A stretch of 64,000 nt of DNA from an uncultured Gammaproteobacteria bacterium (GCA_965602855.1 CBFCZV010000002.1:25659-89658), one strand, 5' to 3'; counted from the first letter of the stretch, positions 35,077 to 45,970 are shown. Made by a program: numbers and translations. The notes: generated by a model not told the origin, from the sequence alone.

Positions 35077-36528
35077 ATGCATACTGCCGTAATTCAACGC
35101 CTGATTGGTTTATTGTTGATGTTGTTTAGTACAACATTGTTGCCGCCTGTTGTTATCGATTTAATCTATCAGGAAGATGCAGGCCGAGCTTTTTATTTTA
35201 GTTTTATTTTATTATTTGTTGTTGGTTTATTGCTTTTCCTTCCGGTTAGAAATCAGCGCGGTGATCTAAGGTTGCGCGATGGTTTTATGGTGGTGGTTTT
35301 GTTCTGGCTGGTGCTGGGTGTTGCAGGCGCCTTGCCTTTAGTGCTTTATGAATCCTTAGCTATTAGCTTCAGTGATGCAGTGTTTGAATCGATGTCAGGT
35401 TTGACCACGACCGGTGCAACAGTTTTATCGGGTCTGGACAACTTGCCGCATAGCGTTCTTTTTTACAGGCAGGAACTGCAATGGCTCGGCGGTATGGGTA
35501 TCATCGTACTGGCGGTAGCGGTGATGCCAATGCTGGGTATTGGTGGTATGCAATTGTATCGCGCAGAAACACCAGGGCCAGTTAAGGATAATAAATTAAC
35601 GCCACGTATCGCCGAAACAGCCAAAGCACTCTGGTACATCTATCTGGGTTTGACGCTAGCCTGTTTTGCTGGTTACTGGCTGGCGGGTATGTCAGCGTTT
35701 GATGCCATTGGTCATAGTTTTTCCACGGTTTCAATCGGTGGGTTTTCAACACACGATGCTAGTATGGGGTATTTCGATGATCCTATGGTGGAAACTGTTG
35801 CTATCTTTTTCATGTTTCTCGGTGGTATTAATTTCGGATTACATTTTGCTGCCATGCGTAATTTTAATTTGATGAATTATTTACGTGATGCAGAATTTAG
35901 AATGTATGCATCAGGGCTGCTGATTGTTTCAGTAGCAAGTGTGTCTTATCTGTATATAAATTCCGTGGTGCCTGAATTTGCGCAGGCAATACGTCAAGGT
36001 GTTTTTCACGCTGTCTCGATTGCAACCACTTCAGGCTTTACCCTGAGTGAATTTTCACTCTGGCCAGTGTTCGTTCCGGTAATGCTTTTATTCGCCAGCT
36101 TTGTCGGTGGTTGCGCAGGTTCAACCGGTGGTGGTATGAAAGTGATCCGGGTATTGTTATTGATCAAGCAGGGGCAGCGGGAAATGATGCGCCTGATTCA
36201 TCCTAATGCGCAGGTAGTTGTGAAGCTGGGGCAGCAGCCCGTTTCTGATCGCGTTATTAATGCAGTCTGGGGTTTCTTTGCCGCTTATGTGGCTATCTTT
36301 GCAGTGATGATGTTGTTGCTTATGTTAACAGGCAATGATCAGGTGACGGCTTTTTCTGCGGTGGCTGCGACTATAAATAATCTTGGTCCGGGTCTGGGCG
36401 ATGTTAGTGCGAATTACGCAAGTCTGGGTGTGTTCGATAAGTGGGTGTTATGTTTTTCTATGTTGCTGGGTCGCCTTGAAGTATTTACCTTGCTAGTTTT
36501 GTTTATGCCTGCTTTCTGGCGGAAGTAA
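35077..36528 (+). CDS. trkH: Trk potassium transporter membrane subunit
   Basis: 483 aa polytopic membrane protein with TrkH/KtrB-type GxG selectivity-like segments. Confidence 0.9.
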   Translation: MHTAVIQRLIGLLLMLFSTTLLPPVVIDLIYQEDAGRAFYFSFILLFVVGLLLFLPVRNQRGDLRLRDGFMVVVLFWLVLGVAGALPLVLYESLAISFSDAVFESMSGLTTTGATVLSGLDNLPHSVLFYRQELQWLGGMGIIVLAVAVMPMLGIGGMQLYRAETPGPVKDNKLTPRIAETAKALWYIYLGLTLACFAGYWLAGMSAFDAIGHSFSTVSIGGFSTHDASMGYFDDPMVETVAIFFMFLGGINFGLHFAAMRNFNLMNYLRDAEFRMYASGLLIVSVASVSYLYINSVVPEFAQAIRQGVFHAVSIATTSGFTLSEFSLWPVFVPVMLLFASFVGGCAGSTGGGMKVIRVLLLIKQGQREMMRLIHPNAQVVVKLGQQPVSDRVINAVWGFFAAYVAIFAVMMLLLMLTGNDQVTAFSAVAATINNLGPGLGDVSANYASLGVFDKWVLCFSMLLGRLEVFTLLVLFMPAFWRK

Positions 36529-36529
36529 T

Positions 36530-37471
36530 ATGTCAAAAAGCCATTCTATTGTCAGTAATATACCTGCGTTTAGCCTATCTTTACTGCGCCCACGTTATTG
36601 GCTCACATGGTTGGGTGTTATCTTTTTATTCGTCCTCGCCTGGTTGCCGGAATTTGTAACCTCTTTCTTGAGTCGTATTCTAGGCGTGCATGTTTCGGCT
36701 AAAAATAAAAAACGTTACCACATTGCCAAAGTGAATCTGAAACTTTGCTATCCGGGTAAAAGTGAAAAGGAAATCTACGCAATGTTACAGGTTCACTTTA
36801 TTGAGCAAGTTCGCGCCATGTTGTATTACGCAAGATTATGGTTTTATCCTGAATTTATGTTGCGTCAAATGATACTGGTAGAAGGTTTTGAGCAGATTGA
36901 ACGTTTCCGTAAGCAAGATCGCAATATTATTATTTTGTTATCACACAGCGTTGGTCTTGATGTTGCCATTGCATCAATTTCTATGCGCTATGGTGCTAAT
37001 GGTCCTTACAAGCCAATGCGTAATCCTGTGATTGATTGGTTGTTGGCAAATCGGCGAGTGCGTTATGGCGGTATAATTTTTCCTCGGGAAGATGGTTTGC
37101 GTCCTATTGTGCGCGCAACTAGAACGGGTGATCCGCTTGTGTATCTGGCCGATGAAGATCTGGGTAGCGATCGTTCCATTTTTGTGCCGTTATTTGGTGT
37201 GCAAAAAGCAACAATACCTGTATTGGGTCGGTTAGCTAAATCTTGTGATGCTGCCGTGCTGCCGTGCATCTGTTGTTATGATGGACAGTTAAAAAAATAT
37301 AAAACTACCTTGCTGCCTCCTGTTGAAAACATGACGGGTGATGATGCTGGTGATGCGCTCGCGATGAATCAGGCGATAGAAAAAACGATTGCGGTATGTC
37401 CTTCACAATATTTCTGGTCTTTCAGGTTGTTTCAAACACGTCCACCGGGTGAAAAGTCGCCGTATGAATGA
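36530..37471 (+). CDS. lipid A biosynthesis lauroyl/myristoyl acyltransferase family (LpxL/LpxM-like)
   Basis: 313 aa; N-terminal TM anchor; HS(x4)D-like acyltransferase region LSHSVGLD. Confidence 0.75.
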   Translation: MSKSHSIVSNIPAFSLSLLRPRYWLTWLGVIFLFVLAWLPEFVTSFLSRILGVHVSAKNKKRYHIAKVNLKLCYPGKSEKEIYAMLQVHFIEQVRAMLYYARLWFYPEFMLRQMILVEGFEQIERFRKQDRNIIILLSHSVGLDVAIASISMRYGANGPYKPMRNPVIDWLLANRRVRYGGIIFPREDGLRPIVRATRTGDPLVYLADEDLGSDRSIFVPLFGVQKATIPVLGRLAKSCDAAVLPCICCYDGQLKKYKTTLLPPVENMTGDDAGDALAMNQAIEKTIAVCPSQYFWSFRLFQTRPPGEKSPYE

Positions 37472-38267
37472 TCGTGTTGTTAATGTAGAGCTGCCGTTGA
37501 TGAATGCAGATGTAAAACACCTGAAAAAACGCCTGCGACATAAGGTTGGTGAAGCGATTGTTCAGTATGGAATGATTGAGCACGGCGATCGTGTCATGGT
37601 GTGCATGTCTGGGGGCAAGGATAGCTACACTATGCTCGATATTCTGCTTGAGTTGCAGAAAAAAGCGCCGATTGATTTTGAGTTGATCGCGGTCAATCTT
37701 GATCAGAAGCAGCCGGGGTTTCCCGAGCACATCCTGCCTGATTACTTACGTGAGCTGGGTGTCGAGTTTCATATCATCGAACAGGATACATACAGCATTG
37801 TCAAAGAAAAAATACCCGAGGGCAAAACTACCTGTGGTTTATGCTCACGTTTGCGTCGCGGTATTTTGTATAACTTTGCCGATGAAATTGGTGCGACTAA
37901 AATTGCACTGGGACATCATCGTGATGACATGGTGGAAACGCTGTTTCTGAATATGTTCTTTAACGGGCAGCTTAAGTCGATGCCGCCCAAGTTGTTGAGC
38001 GATGATAAAAAGCATATGGTTATTCGACCGATGGCTTTATGTAAGGAAAGTGATATCGTGCGTTATGCTGATTTGCGACAGTTTCCGATTATTCCTTGCA
38101 ATTTATGTGGATCGCAGGAAAATATGCAGCGTAAAGTGGTCAAGTCGATGATTAAAAACTGGGAGGATGAATACCCGGGTAGAAGTGATATTATTATGCG
38201 GAGTCTGACTGATGTTAAGCCTTCGCATTTAGCAGATGCAGAGTTGTTTAATTTTGCGGGGTTGTGA
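37464..38267 (+). CDS. ttcA: tRNA 2-thiocytidine(32) synthetase
   Basis: Homology to E. coli TtcA starts at [10 protein letters not shown]... (ATG 37464); PP-loop SGGKDS; CxxC pairs. The ORF track extends it to 37389. Confidence 0.9.
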   Translation: MNDRVVNVELPLMNADVKHLKKRLRHKVGEAIVQYGMIEHGDRVMVCMSGGKDSYTMLDILLELQKKAPIDFELIAVNLDQKQPGFPEHILPDYLRELGVEFHIIEQDTYSIVKEKIPEGKTTCGLCSRLRRGILYNFADEIGATKIALGHHRDDMVETLFLNMFFNGQLKSMPPKLLSDDKKHMVIRPMALCKESDIVRYADLRQFPIIPCNLCGSQENMQRKVVKSMIKNWEDEYPGRSDIIMRSLTDVKPSHLADAELFNFAGL

Positions 38268-38280
38268 TAATCGATAGCAG

Positions 38281-38311
38281 AAATAAAAAGACCCCGGTAA
38301 AAACCGGGGTC
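38281..38311 (-). terminator. rho-independent terminator oriented for a minus-strand transcript
   Basis: GACCCCGG-TAAAAA-CCGGGGTC stem; the U-run (TTTTTATTT) follows only on the minus strand; no minus-strand CDS lies upstream of it. Confidence 0.6.
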
Positions 38312-38474
38312 TAGGGCCTTCCTTGATTGGTGATTGAGTCTCGCACTGTAGCTTGTCCGTCTTTTTCCTTAAGGTTCTTCCTTTAATATCTAACAGTCCC
38401 TTATCCGTATCCTTGATCTAAACATATGCTACGTTATTTCCCTATGTCCTTTGTTGACTCTTTCCCTTTGTCCC
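38281..38474 (-). ncRNA. candidate CsrB/RsmZ-family protein-sequestering sRNA
   Basis: The minus strand of the ttcA/dtd spacer is purine-rich with 11 GGA motifs (several as A-GGA) in ~190 nt. It ends in the terminator above, and a GATAAT -10-like hexamer (plus 38482-38487) sits about 7 nt upstream of the predicted 5' end. Confidence 0.4.
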
Positions 38475-38531
38475 TGTGGGGATTATCTGCGTGTTAGTGA
38501 TTTCATGCTATCAGTGGATTGGGTTACGTTG

Positions 38532-38549
38532 CGTAGGACTATTCCTACG
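38532..38549. promoter_or_regulatory. 18-bp inverted repeat CGTAGGACTATTCCTACG (GacA/UvrY upstream-activating-sequence-like)
   Basis: Perfect 7-N4-7 palindrome resembling TGTAAG-N6-CTTACA; centred about 66 bp upstream of the predicted sRNA 5' end. Confidence 0.35.
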
Positions 38550-38588
38550 TGGTGAATTCTTGCCGCATATTCAGCTGGAGAAGGCATT

Positions 38589-39026
38589 ATGATTGGTTTG
38601 CTTCAGCGTGTGACCCGTGCATCAGTGACGGTTGATGGAGAACGTATCGCACAAATAGGTGCTGGCTTGATGGTGCTGGTGGGTGTGGAAAAAAATGACA
38701 GTCAAGAGCAGGCCGAGCGTCTGGTTAAAAAATTGCTGGAATATCGTGTTTTTGCCGATGATGACGGCAAGATGAACTTGAGTGTGCTAGATATTGAGGG
38801 TGAAGTGTTGTTGGTGCCGCAGTTCACGCTGGCGGTGGATACCGGCAAGGGTAAGCGCCCCAGTTTTTCATCAGCAGCACCACCTGAACAAGGAGCTGAT
38901 TTATTTGTGGCAGTTGTTGATATAATGAGCCGGCAATTACCGCAGGTGCAAATGGGTCGGTTTGGTGCCGATATGGCGGTTGAGCTAATTAATGATGGTC
39001 CTGTGACCTTTTGGTTGCAGGTTTAA
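38589..39026 (+). CDS. dtd: D-aminoacyl-tRNA deacylase
   Basis: 145 aa; MIGLLQRV...; SQFTL motif region (PQFTLA). Confidence 0.9.
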   Translation: MIGLLQRVTRASVTVDGERIAQIGAGLMVLVGVEKNDSQEQAERLVKKLLEYRVFADDDGKMNLSVLDIEGEVLLVPQFTLAVDTGKGKRPSFSSAAPPEQGADLFVAVVDIMSRQLPQVQMGRFGADMAVELINDGPVTFWLQV

Positions 39027-39036
39027 GTAATGAGCG

Positions 39037-39651
39037 ATGGCTCAATTGGAGATAGTAATGACAGATCGTCAGGCAAGTGTTGAGCGAAACACGCTGGAAA
39101 CCCAGATCAAGGTTCAGGTGAATCTTGATGGTACCGGCACATGCAAATTGAATACAGGCGTACCTTTTCTTGAGCACATGCTCGATCAGGTTGCGCGCCA
39201 CGGTTTGATTGATCTGGAAATTGAAGCCAAAGGTGATCTGGAGATCGATGCGCATCACACGGTTGAAGATATTGGTATTACCCTTGGGCAGGCGGTTGCC
39301 AAGGCAGTCGGCGATAAAAAAGGTATCGTTCGATACGGTCATGCTTATGTGCCGCTGGACGAGGCGCTATCACGCGTGGTTATCGACTTTTCCGGTCGCC
39401 CCGGCCTAGAGCATAGGGTGAAATATCCGCGTGCCAGCATTGGCGACTTTGAAACCGATCTGTTGCACGAGTTTTTCCAGGGCTTCGTCAACCACGCCGA
39501 TGTCAGTTTGCACATTGATAATATCAGTGGTGACAACTCGCATCACATTGCGGAGACCGTGTTCAAGGCCTTTGGTCGTGCTGTGCGCATGGCGCTGTCG
39601 GCTGATCCTCGTATGGCAGGTATCATGCCGAGCACCAAGGGAGCGTTATAA
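39037..39651 (+). CDS. hisB: imidazoleglycerol-phosphate dehydratase
   Basis: 204 aa monofunctional IGPD; RNTLET and HHxxE motifs. Confidence 0.9.
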   Translation: MAQLEIVMTDRQASVERNTLETQIKVQVNLDGTGTCKLNTGVPFLEHMLDQVARHGLIDLEIEAKGDLEIDAHHTVEDIGITLGQAVAKAVGDKKGIVRYGHAYVPLDEALSRVVIDFSGRPGLEHRVKYPRASIGDFETDLLHEFFQGFVNHADVSLHIDNISGDNSHHIAETVFKAFGRAVRMALSADPRMAGIMPSTKGAL

Positions 39652-39656
39652 AGCCA

Positions 39657-40319
39657 ATGTCGTTGATAGCTGTTGTCGATTACGGCATGGGTAACCTGCG
39701 TTCCGTATCAAAAGCTTTAGAGCACGTGGCGAGTTCGGATCAGAAGGTCAAAGTGACTTCTGATCCGGCAGATATTGCCGCTGCTGACCACGTGGTTTTT
39801 CCCGGTCAGGGTGCGGCGCGTGATTGTATGCTGGAATTAAAACAACGTGGTTTGATTGAGCCGGTGCTTAAGGCCGCTAGAGAAAAGCCATTTTTTGGTA
39901 TTTGTATGGGCATGCAGGTCCTGCTGGCGCACAGTAAAGAAAACGAAGGTGTTGATTGCATGGGGCTGTACGATGGCGAAGTGCGTTTTTTCGGTACCGC
40001 CTTTGATGACAATAATATTGATGCAAAAAAAGAAGGGCTAAAAATTCCACACATGGGCTGGAATCAAGTTCATCAGACTCAGGCACACCCTTTATGGAAT
40101 GGTGTTGAGCAGGATAGCCGTTTCTATTTTGTGCATAGTTATTATGTGTCACCAGAAGATGAAGCCATTGCCGCTGGAAAAACTGATTTTGGTATCAACT
40201 TTGTTTCGGCGGTTGCGCGAGACAATGTTTTTGCCACTCAGTTTCATCCTGAAAAAAGTGCGGCTGATGGTTTGCAGTTGTTAGAGAATTTTACTCGCTG
40301 GAATGGCAGCGTAAGTTAA
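39657..40319 (+). CDS. hisH: imidazole glycerol phosphate synthase glutaminase subunit
   Basis: 220 aa class-I GATase; GICMGMQ catalytic Cys. Confidence 0.9.
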   Translation: MSLIAVVDYGMGNLRSVSKALEHVASSDQKVKVTSDPADIAAADHVVFPGQGAARDCMLELKQRGLIEPVLKAAREKPFFGICMGMQVLLAHSKENEGVDCMGLYDGEVRFFGTAFDDNNIDAKKEGLKIPHMGWNQVHQTQAHPLWNGVEQDSRFYFVHSYYVSPEDEAIAAGKTDFGINFVSAVARDNVFATQFHPEKSAADGLQLLENFTRWNGSVS

Positions 40320-40339
40320 CAAAGAAAGGTTAAATACTC

Positions 40340-41074
40340 ATGTTACTAATCCCCGCGATTGATTTAAAAGATGGCCAATGCGTACGTTTACGTCAGGGCA
40401 AAATGGAAGACAGCACGGTTTTTTCTGATGACCCCGTTGCCATGGCTGGGCGTTGGGTAGAAGCAGGCACCAAACGTTTGCACATTGTTGATCTCGATGG
40501 TGCCTTTGCTGGCAAACCAAAAAATGCCGGCGTGATCAACGAAATCGCCAGTGCTTATCCTGAAATTGATATTCAGATTGGTGGTGGTATTCGTGATGAT
40601 GAGACTATTTCGGCTTATCTCGATGCTGGTGTGCGTTACGTGATTATTGGTACTAAAGCCGTAAATGAACCCCATTTTATTGGTGAGGTTTGTGCCGAGT
40701 TTACCAACCACATTATTGTTGGCCTGGATGCCAAAGATGGTAAAGTCGCGGTTGATGGCTGGTCAAAATTATCCAAACACGATGTTATCGATATGGCTCA
40801 GCGTTTTGAAGATGATGGTGTTGCTGCCATTGTTTATACCGATATTTCACGCGATGGCATGATGCAGGGTGTTAATGTTGAAGCTACAGTGAAACTCGCG
40901 CAGGCGGTTAATATTCCCGTGATTGCCTCCGGTGGAATCACCAATATGGACGACATCAAGGCACTGAGTGCGGTTGAAGATGAAGGAATTATGGGTGCGA
41001 TTACTGGTCGTGCGATCTATGATGGTTCGATTGATTTAGCCGAATGCCAGGCTTGGCTGGATGCGCAGAACTAA
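40340..41074 (+). CDS. hisA: ProFAR isomerase
   Basis: 244 aa; [15 protein letters not shown]. Confidence 0.9.
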   Translation: MLLIPAIDLKDGQCVRLRQGKMEDSTVFSDDPVAMAGRWVEAGTKRLHIVDLDGAFAGKPKNAGVINEIASAYPEIDIQIGGGIRDDETISAYLDAGVRYVIIGTKAVNEPHFIGEVCAEFTNHIIVGLDAKDGKVAVDGWSKLSKHDVIDMAQRFEDDGVAAIVYTDISRDGMMQGVNVEATVKLAQAVNIPVIASGGITNMDDIKALSAVEDEGIMGAITGRAIYDGSIDLAECQAWLDAQN

Positions 41075-41076
41075 TC

Positions 41077-41850
41077 ATGCCACTTGCTAAAAGAATTATT
41101 CCCTGCCTCGACGTTAGAGACGGTCGCGTTGTAAAAGGCGTGCAGTTTGTCGATATTCGAGATGCTGGTGATCCGGTCGAAGTCGCCCGTCGTTACGACA
41201 AGGAAGGCGCAGATGAAATCACTTTTCTGGATATCACCGCCAGCTCTGACAACCGCGAAACCATTGTGCATGTGGTCGAGCGTGTTGCCGAAGAAGTTTT
41301 TATTCCGTTGACCGTAGGTGGTGGTATTCGCTACGTCGAAGACGTACAGCGCATGTTGAATGCCGGTGCCGATAAAGTAGCGATTAACACCGCCGCTGTT
41401 TTTAATCCTGAATTTGTCAAAGAAGCCTCAGATCGCGTTGGCTCGCAATGCATCGTCGTTGCGATTGATGCCAAGAAGGTCAGTAGCGAGGGCGAGCCAA
41501 ATCGCTGGGAAATATTTACCCACGGTGGTCGCAAGAAAACCGGGCTGGATGCCATCGAATGGGCGGTAAAAATGGCTGACTTCGGTGCCGGTGAGATTTT
41601 ATTGACCAGCATGGATAGAGACGGTACTAAGATTGGTTTTGATCTGGAACTAACTCGTGCCATTGCCGAGGCTGTACCCGTGCCGGTGATTGCATCCGGC
41701 GGTGTCGGCAACCTCGACCATCTGGCCGAAGGCGTGCTGGAAGGCAAGGCCGATGCCGTACTGGCCGCCAGTATTTTTCATTTTGCAGAATACACTGTTG
41801 GCGAGGCCAAGCAGAAAATGGCTGATCGCGGTATCGAGGTGCGCCTGTAA
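41077..41850 (+). CDS. hisF: imidazole glycerol phosphate synthase cyclase subunit
   Basis: Homology to HisF starts at [13 protein letters not shown] (ATG 41077, directly after the hisA stop). The ORF track extends it to 41044 in the overlap. Confidence 0.9.
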   Translation: MPLAKRIIPCLDVRDGRVVKGVQFVDIRDAGDPVEVARRYDKEGADEITFLDITASSDNRETIVHVVERVAEEVFIPLTVGGGIRYVEDVQRMLNAGADKVAINTAAVFNPEFVKEASDRVGSQCIVVAIDAKKVSSEGEPNRWEIFTHGGRKKTGLDAIEWAVKMADFGAGEILLTSMDRDGTKIGFDLELTRAIAEAVPVPVIASGGVGNLDHLAEGVLEGKADAVLAASIFHFAEYTVGEAKQKMADRGIEVRL

Positions 41851-41863
41851 AAGGCGGTGAACT

Positions 41864-42253
41864 ATGTCAGAAGTATGGCTGGATGAAATTCGATTTAATG
41901 ATGATGGCTTGATCCCTGTCATCGCACAGGATGCTGAATCGGGCAAAGTGCTGATGTTCGCCTGGATGAGTCGCGAGTCACTGAAGCTGACCGCCGAGAA
42001 AAAAGAAGCGGTTTACTGGTCGCGTTCGCGCCAGAAGCTCTGGCACAAGGGTGAAGAATCCGGTCACGTTCAGCGGGTTGAGCAGATGTATTTCGACTGT
42101 GATGAGGACGTGATCCTGCTAAAAGTGAGGCAGGCCGGTGGTATTGCATGCCATACTGGCCGTGAAAGCTGCTTTTATCGCCAGTTACAGGGCGATGAGT
42201 GGGTCGAAGTTGAGAATGTAATCAAAGACCCGAAAGATATATATGGTAAATGA
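41864..42253 (+). CDS. hisI: phosphoribosyl-AMP cyclohydrolase
   Basis: 129 aa. Confidence 0.9.
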   Translation: MSEVWLDEIRFNDDGLIPVIAQDAESGKVLMFAWMSRESLKLTAEKKEAVYWSRSRQKLWHKGEESGHVQRVEQMYFDCDEDVILLKVRQAGGIACHTGRESCFYRQLQGDEWVEVENVIKDPKDIYGK

Positions 42254-42570
42254 TAATGAGTGATCAAACCCTTCAACAGCTGGCAGAAATCCTTGAGCAG
42301 CGTAAAACGGCAGAGGCTGATTCGTCCTACGTGGCCAGTCTCTATCATAAGGGTTTGGATGCTATACTCAAAAAGGTAGGCGAAGAAGCCACCGAGACGG
42401 TGATGGCGGCAAAGGATGGTGATAAAGACAAGCTGGTTTATGAAGTTGCCGATCTCTGGTTTCACACGATGGTGCTGTTGGCGAACGAAGGTTTGAAGCC
42501 CGATGATGTTTTGCAGGAACTGGCCAGACGCTTTGGTGTTTCTGGGCTGGATGAGAAAGCTTCACGCTAA
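42250..42570 (+). CDS. hisE: phosphoribosyl-ATP pyrophosphatase
   Basis: 106 aa; start overlaps the hisI stop. Confidence 0.9.
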   Translation: MIMSDQTLQQLAEILEQRKTAEADSSYVASLYHKGLDAILKKVGEEATETVMAAKDGDKDKLVYEVADLWFHTMVLLANEGLKPDDVLQELARRFGVSGLDEKASR

Positions 42571-42599
42571 ATTTTAATTTAAGTCGAGAGAGAAAAGAA

Positions 42600-42821
42600 A
42601 TGGGTATTAGTATTTGGCAGTTATTGATTGTTCTGGGTATCGTCGTTTTATTATTCGGTACAAAAAAATTGCGTAATCTGGGCGGTGATATTGGCTCTGC
42701 GGTAAAGGGTTTTAAATCGGCCGTTAAAGAAGGCACCGATAGCGCAAACGAGCAGATTGAAGAAAATGAAAGCAAAGTCGTTGATTCTGAAGTAGAAACC
42801 AAAGACAAGGATAAAGTTTAA
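42600..42821 (+). CDS. tatA: Sec-independent translocase TatA
   Basis: 73 aa; [24 protein letters not shown]. Confidence 0.9.
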   Translation: MGISIWQLLIVLGIVVLLFGTKKLRNLGGDIGSAVKGFKSAVKEGTDSANEQIEENESKVVDSEVETKDKDKV

Positions 42822-42868
42822 TTCTCCTGATTTAATTATTCAGGGTCTGTACGCAGGCAAAAAATATT

Positions 42869-43219
42869 ATGTTTGACGTTGGTTTTTGGGAAATATTTTT
42901 AATCATGATTTTGGCGCTGGTTGTGATCGGCCCGGAACGCCTACCCGGTGCAGCGCGTACTCTGGGTTTATGGATAGGTAAGGGGCGTCGATACGTCGAA
43001 GGCGTAAAAAGTGAAGTCGAACAGCAATTTGATATTTCCGAGTTCAAGCGCGTCATTCACAATCAAGAGATCCAGCTCAATGAATTACAGCAGAAAGTTA
43101 ACCAGTCAGTCAACGTGAGCGCCGATGACCTGCTGGATTCAAATGAGCAAGTTCATGATATTGAGGAAGAAACGCCTGCTGCTGAAGAAAGCGCTAAACC
43201 GACGAAATCTCCTGAATAA
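42869..43219 (+). CDS. tatB: Sec-independent translocase TatB
   Basis: 116 aa; MFDVGFWEIFLI...GPERLP. Confidence 0.85.
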   Translation: MFDVGFWEIFLIMILALVVIGPERLPGAARTLGLWIGKGRRYVEGVKSEVEQQFDISEFKRVIHNQEIQLNELQQKVNQSVNVSADDLLDSNEQVHDIEEETPAAEESAKPTKSPE

Positions 43220-43312
43220 AATATTTCAAGCTTATTAAATTTCAATACTCAATTTCTGATCATGACATTATGGCCATCTCCGACCACTCCAAACTTTAAG
43301 ATATTGAAATAA

Positions 43313-44194
43313 GTGGAAGATCAAAACCAGGAAAATAATGCCCCCGAACAGGGCCTGATGGAACATCTGGCTGAGTTGCGCGATCGCCTGATGTGGATCG
43401 TGCTGGTCATTCTTGTTGCTTTTCTGATTTTATTTGTCTTTTCAGAAGATATTTTCAGTTTTGCCGCGGGCCCTTTGCTGGCACAAATGCCCGAAGGCAC
43501 TTCGATGATTGCCACCGGTGTGACTTCGCCGTTTCTGGTGCCACTTAAATTAGCCCTGTTATTGTCGGTTCTATTGACTATCCCGCACACCCTGCACCAG
43601 ATGTGGGGGTTCATTGCCCCCGGTTTATACATACACGAAAAACGCCTGGCGGTGCCCTTGTTAACCTCCAGCGTATTGCTGTTTTATTGCGGCATTGCTT
43701 TTGCGCATTTTATTATCCTGCCTATTTTGTTCAAATTTTTTCTCGGAGTGACACCAGCTGGTGTTGAGGTGATGACTGACATTGGTCAGTATCTGGATTT
43801 TGTCATTGCCATATTTTTTGCTTTTGGTTTGGCTTTTGAAATTCCAGTAGCCACTTTTTTACTGATTGCCGCTGGCGCTACTACGCCCGCACGACTGGGT
43901 GAAAAACGTCCGTATATTGTGGTCGGTGCTTTTGTTGTCGGTATGATGATCACACCCCCCGATGTGATTTCACAAACACTGCTGGCTGTCCCCATGCTGC
44001 TTCTATTTGAAGCCGGTTTGATTATGGCGCGTATTTTCCTCAAGGAAAGAATTGCCCAAACAGAAGCAGATGCCGAAGAGGCAGATTACGATATTGTTGA
44101 AGAAGAATCTGGCTATCAAAGCCAGGATGAAGTGGACAAGATGTTCGATGAGATGGATCAGATAGAAGCTGAAAATGACAGCGATAAGGATTAA
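43313..44194 (+). CDS. tatC: Sec-independent translocase TatC
   Basis: 293 aa; six TM helices; HLAELRDRL region; acidic C-terminal tail. Confidence 0.9.
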   Translation: MEDQNQENNAPEQGLMEHLAELRDRLMWIVLVILVAFLILFVFSEDIFSFAAGPLLAQMPEGTSMIATGVTSPFLVPLKLALLLSVLLTIPHTLHQMWGFIAPGLYIHEKRLAVPLLTSSVLLFYCGIAFAHFIILPILFKFFLGVTPAGVEVMTDIGQYLDFVIAIFFAFGLAFEIPVATFLLIAAGATTPARLGEKRPYIVVGAFVVGMMITPPDVISQTLLAVPMLLLFEAGLIMARIFLKERIAQTEADAEEADYDIVEEESGYQSQDEVDKMFDEMDQIEAENDSDKD

Positions 44195-44280
44195 TTCTCG
44201 CCGATACCTTCATGTGCACAGCGCGATAGTGTAAAATTTGCCGCAATGAAAAAAGACACAAAACGACAGGAAAAAGCATA

Positions 44281-45819
44281 GTGGCCGAAACAAGAATTGT
44301 ACCTCGCAGGCCGACCGTCCTGATCATCCTTGACGGCTTTGGTGTTAACCCCAGCCGCATCAATAATGCGGTTCAGGAGGCCAATACCCCAAGGCTGGAC
44401 GAATATTTTTCCAAAAATCCGCATACCACGCTGGATGCCTGTGGCGAAGCCGTGGGCTTGCCCGATGGTCAAATGGGCAACTCCGAAGTAGGTCATATGA
44501 CACTGGGCTGTGGTGCGGTGATGCGTCAGGATCTAGTTCGCATCAATGACGAAATCGAAAGTGGTGAATTTTTTGAGAATGCGGCACTGGTTGCAGCAAT
44601 CGAAGATGCCAGCGCTCGCGAACGTCCAGTGCATCTGGTCGGTCTGGTTTCCGATGGTGGTGTACACAGTCATATCGGACACTTATTAGCATTGATCAAA
44701 ATGTGCATGGATCGTAAAGCGAAGCCCGTGGTACACATGATCACCGATGGCCGTGATACTGCACAAATGTCCGCCATGGTTTATTTGAATGATCTGGAAT
44801 GTGCACTGGAAGATGCTGGTGGATGTATTGCTACCGTATCTGGTCGCTACTATGCCATGGATAGAGATAATCGATGGGATCGAACCGAGATGGCATGGAA
44901 GGCGATGGTAGAGGGTGAAGGCATACACGCTGAAAATGCGCGCTATGCGATTGAAACCGCCTATGCACACAATGAAACAGATGAGTTCATCAAGCCCACT
45001 GTACTCGCAGATGCAGAGCAGATTGAGTCGGGTGATAGCGTTATCTTCTTCAACTTCCGCAATGACCGTCCACGTCAATTGGCAGCTGCATTAAGTCAGG
45101 CTGATTTTGATTCCTTTAAATTAGGCGGTTATGTCGGCGCAACCGTTACCTGTTTAACAGAATACGACCCCGAGTTTTTGCTGCCGATTGGTTATGCACC
45201 AGAGCGTCCACAATCGACAGTGGCCTCGGTAGTGAGTCGTGCCGGTTACAAACAACTGCACTGCGCTGAAACTGAAAAGTATGCGCACGTTACTTACTTC
45301 TTCAATGGTGGTAAGAAAAAACCTTTCGCTGGTGAAGATCACATCATGATCAATTCACCCGATGTGCCCACTTACGATAAACAGCCAGAAATGAGCGCAG
45401 CGGAAGTCGCCGATACGATTATCGATGCCATAGAAAAACGCGAACACAGTTTCATTATGGTCAACTTCGCTAACGGTGATATGGTTGGTCACACCGCCGT
45501 ACGTGATGCGGTTATCATGGCAGTAGAAGCGTTGGACAAAGAAGTCGGTCGTGTACTCGATGCTGCGGTTGAACATGAATATTCAGTCGTACTCACCGCC
45601 GATCATGGTAATTGTGATGAGATGGTTGATCCGGTAACACAGGAGCCACACACACAACATACTTTGTATCCTGTTCCCTGTTTGGTTATTGATGAAAAGA
45701 ACTGGCACTTGAGGCCAGGTGCTTCTTTGAGTTCGATTGCACCCACAGTGTTGCAGTTAATGGGTTTGCAACAAGCGCCAACGATGACTGGGAAGTCGTT
45801 GTTGATGAGAGAGTATTAG
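44281..45819 (+). CDS. gpmI: 2,3-bisphosphoglycerate-independent phosphoglycerate mutase
   Basis: 512 aa; LIILDGFG N-terminus; GTG start. Confidence 0.9.
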   Translation: MAETRIVPRRPTVLIILDGFGVNPSRINNAVQEANTPRLDEYFSKNPHTTLDACGEAVGLPDGQMGNSEVGHMTLGCGAVMRQDLVRINDEIESGEFFENAALVAAIEDASARERPVHLVGLVSDGGVHSHIGHLLALIKMCMDRKAKPVVHMITDGRDTAQMSAMVYLNDLECALEDAGGCIATVSGRYYAMDRDNRWDRTEMAWKAMVEGEGIHAENARYAIETAYAHNETDEFIKPTVLADAEQIESGDSVIFFNFRNDRPRQLAAALSQADFDSFKLGGYVGATVTCLTEYDPEFLLPIGYAPERPQSTVASVVSRAGYKQLHCAETEKYAHVTYFFNGGKKKPFAGEDHIMINSPDVPTYDKQPEMSAAEVADTIIDAIEKREHSFIMVNFANGDMVGHTAVRDAVIMAVEALDKEVGRVLDAAVEHEYSVVLTADHGNCDEMVDPVTQEPHTQHTLYPVPCLVIDEKNWHLRPGASLSSIAPTVLQLMGLQQAPTMTGKSLLMREY

Positions 45820-45880
45820 ACTCTTCTCATTATTTGTCATCTCGAACGCATGTGAGAGATCTAGTTTTTTGAACTTGTAG

Positions 45881-45898
45881 GTGCGAATTCATTCGCAC
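45881..45898. repeat. REP-like inverted repeat GTGCGAATTCATTCGCAC
   Basis: Perfect 18-bp palindrome immediately after a hairpin plus T-run (45850-45870) downstream of gpmI; related to the element at 15815. Confidence 0.4.
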
Positions 45899-45970
45899 GG
45901 CGCAGTTTAAAACAGCAACCATGTTCGAATAAATTTGAACCTATAGGTTAACAGTGCTTACTGACTTGCC

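Noticed and set aside
38290-38311. Hairpin as terminator of plus-strand ttcA
   Set aside because: On the plus strand the stem is followed by CTAGGGCC rather than a U-run. The T-tract is on the other side, so it is oriented for a minus-strand transcript, though weak bidirectional function for ttcA cannot be excluded.
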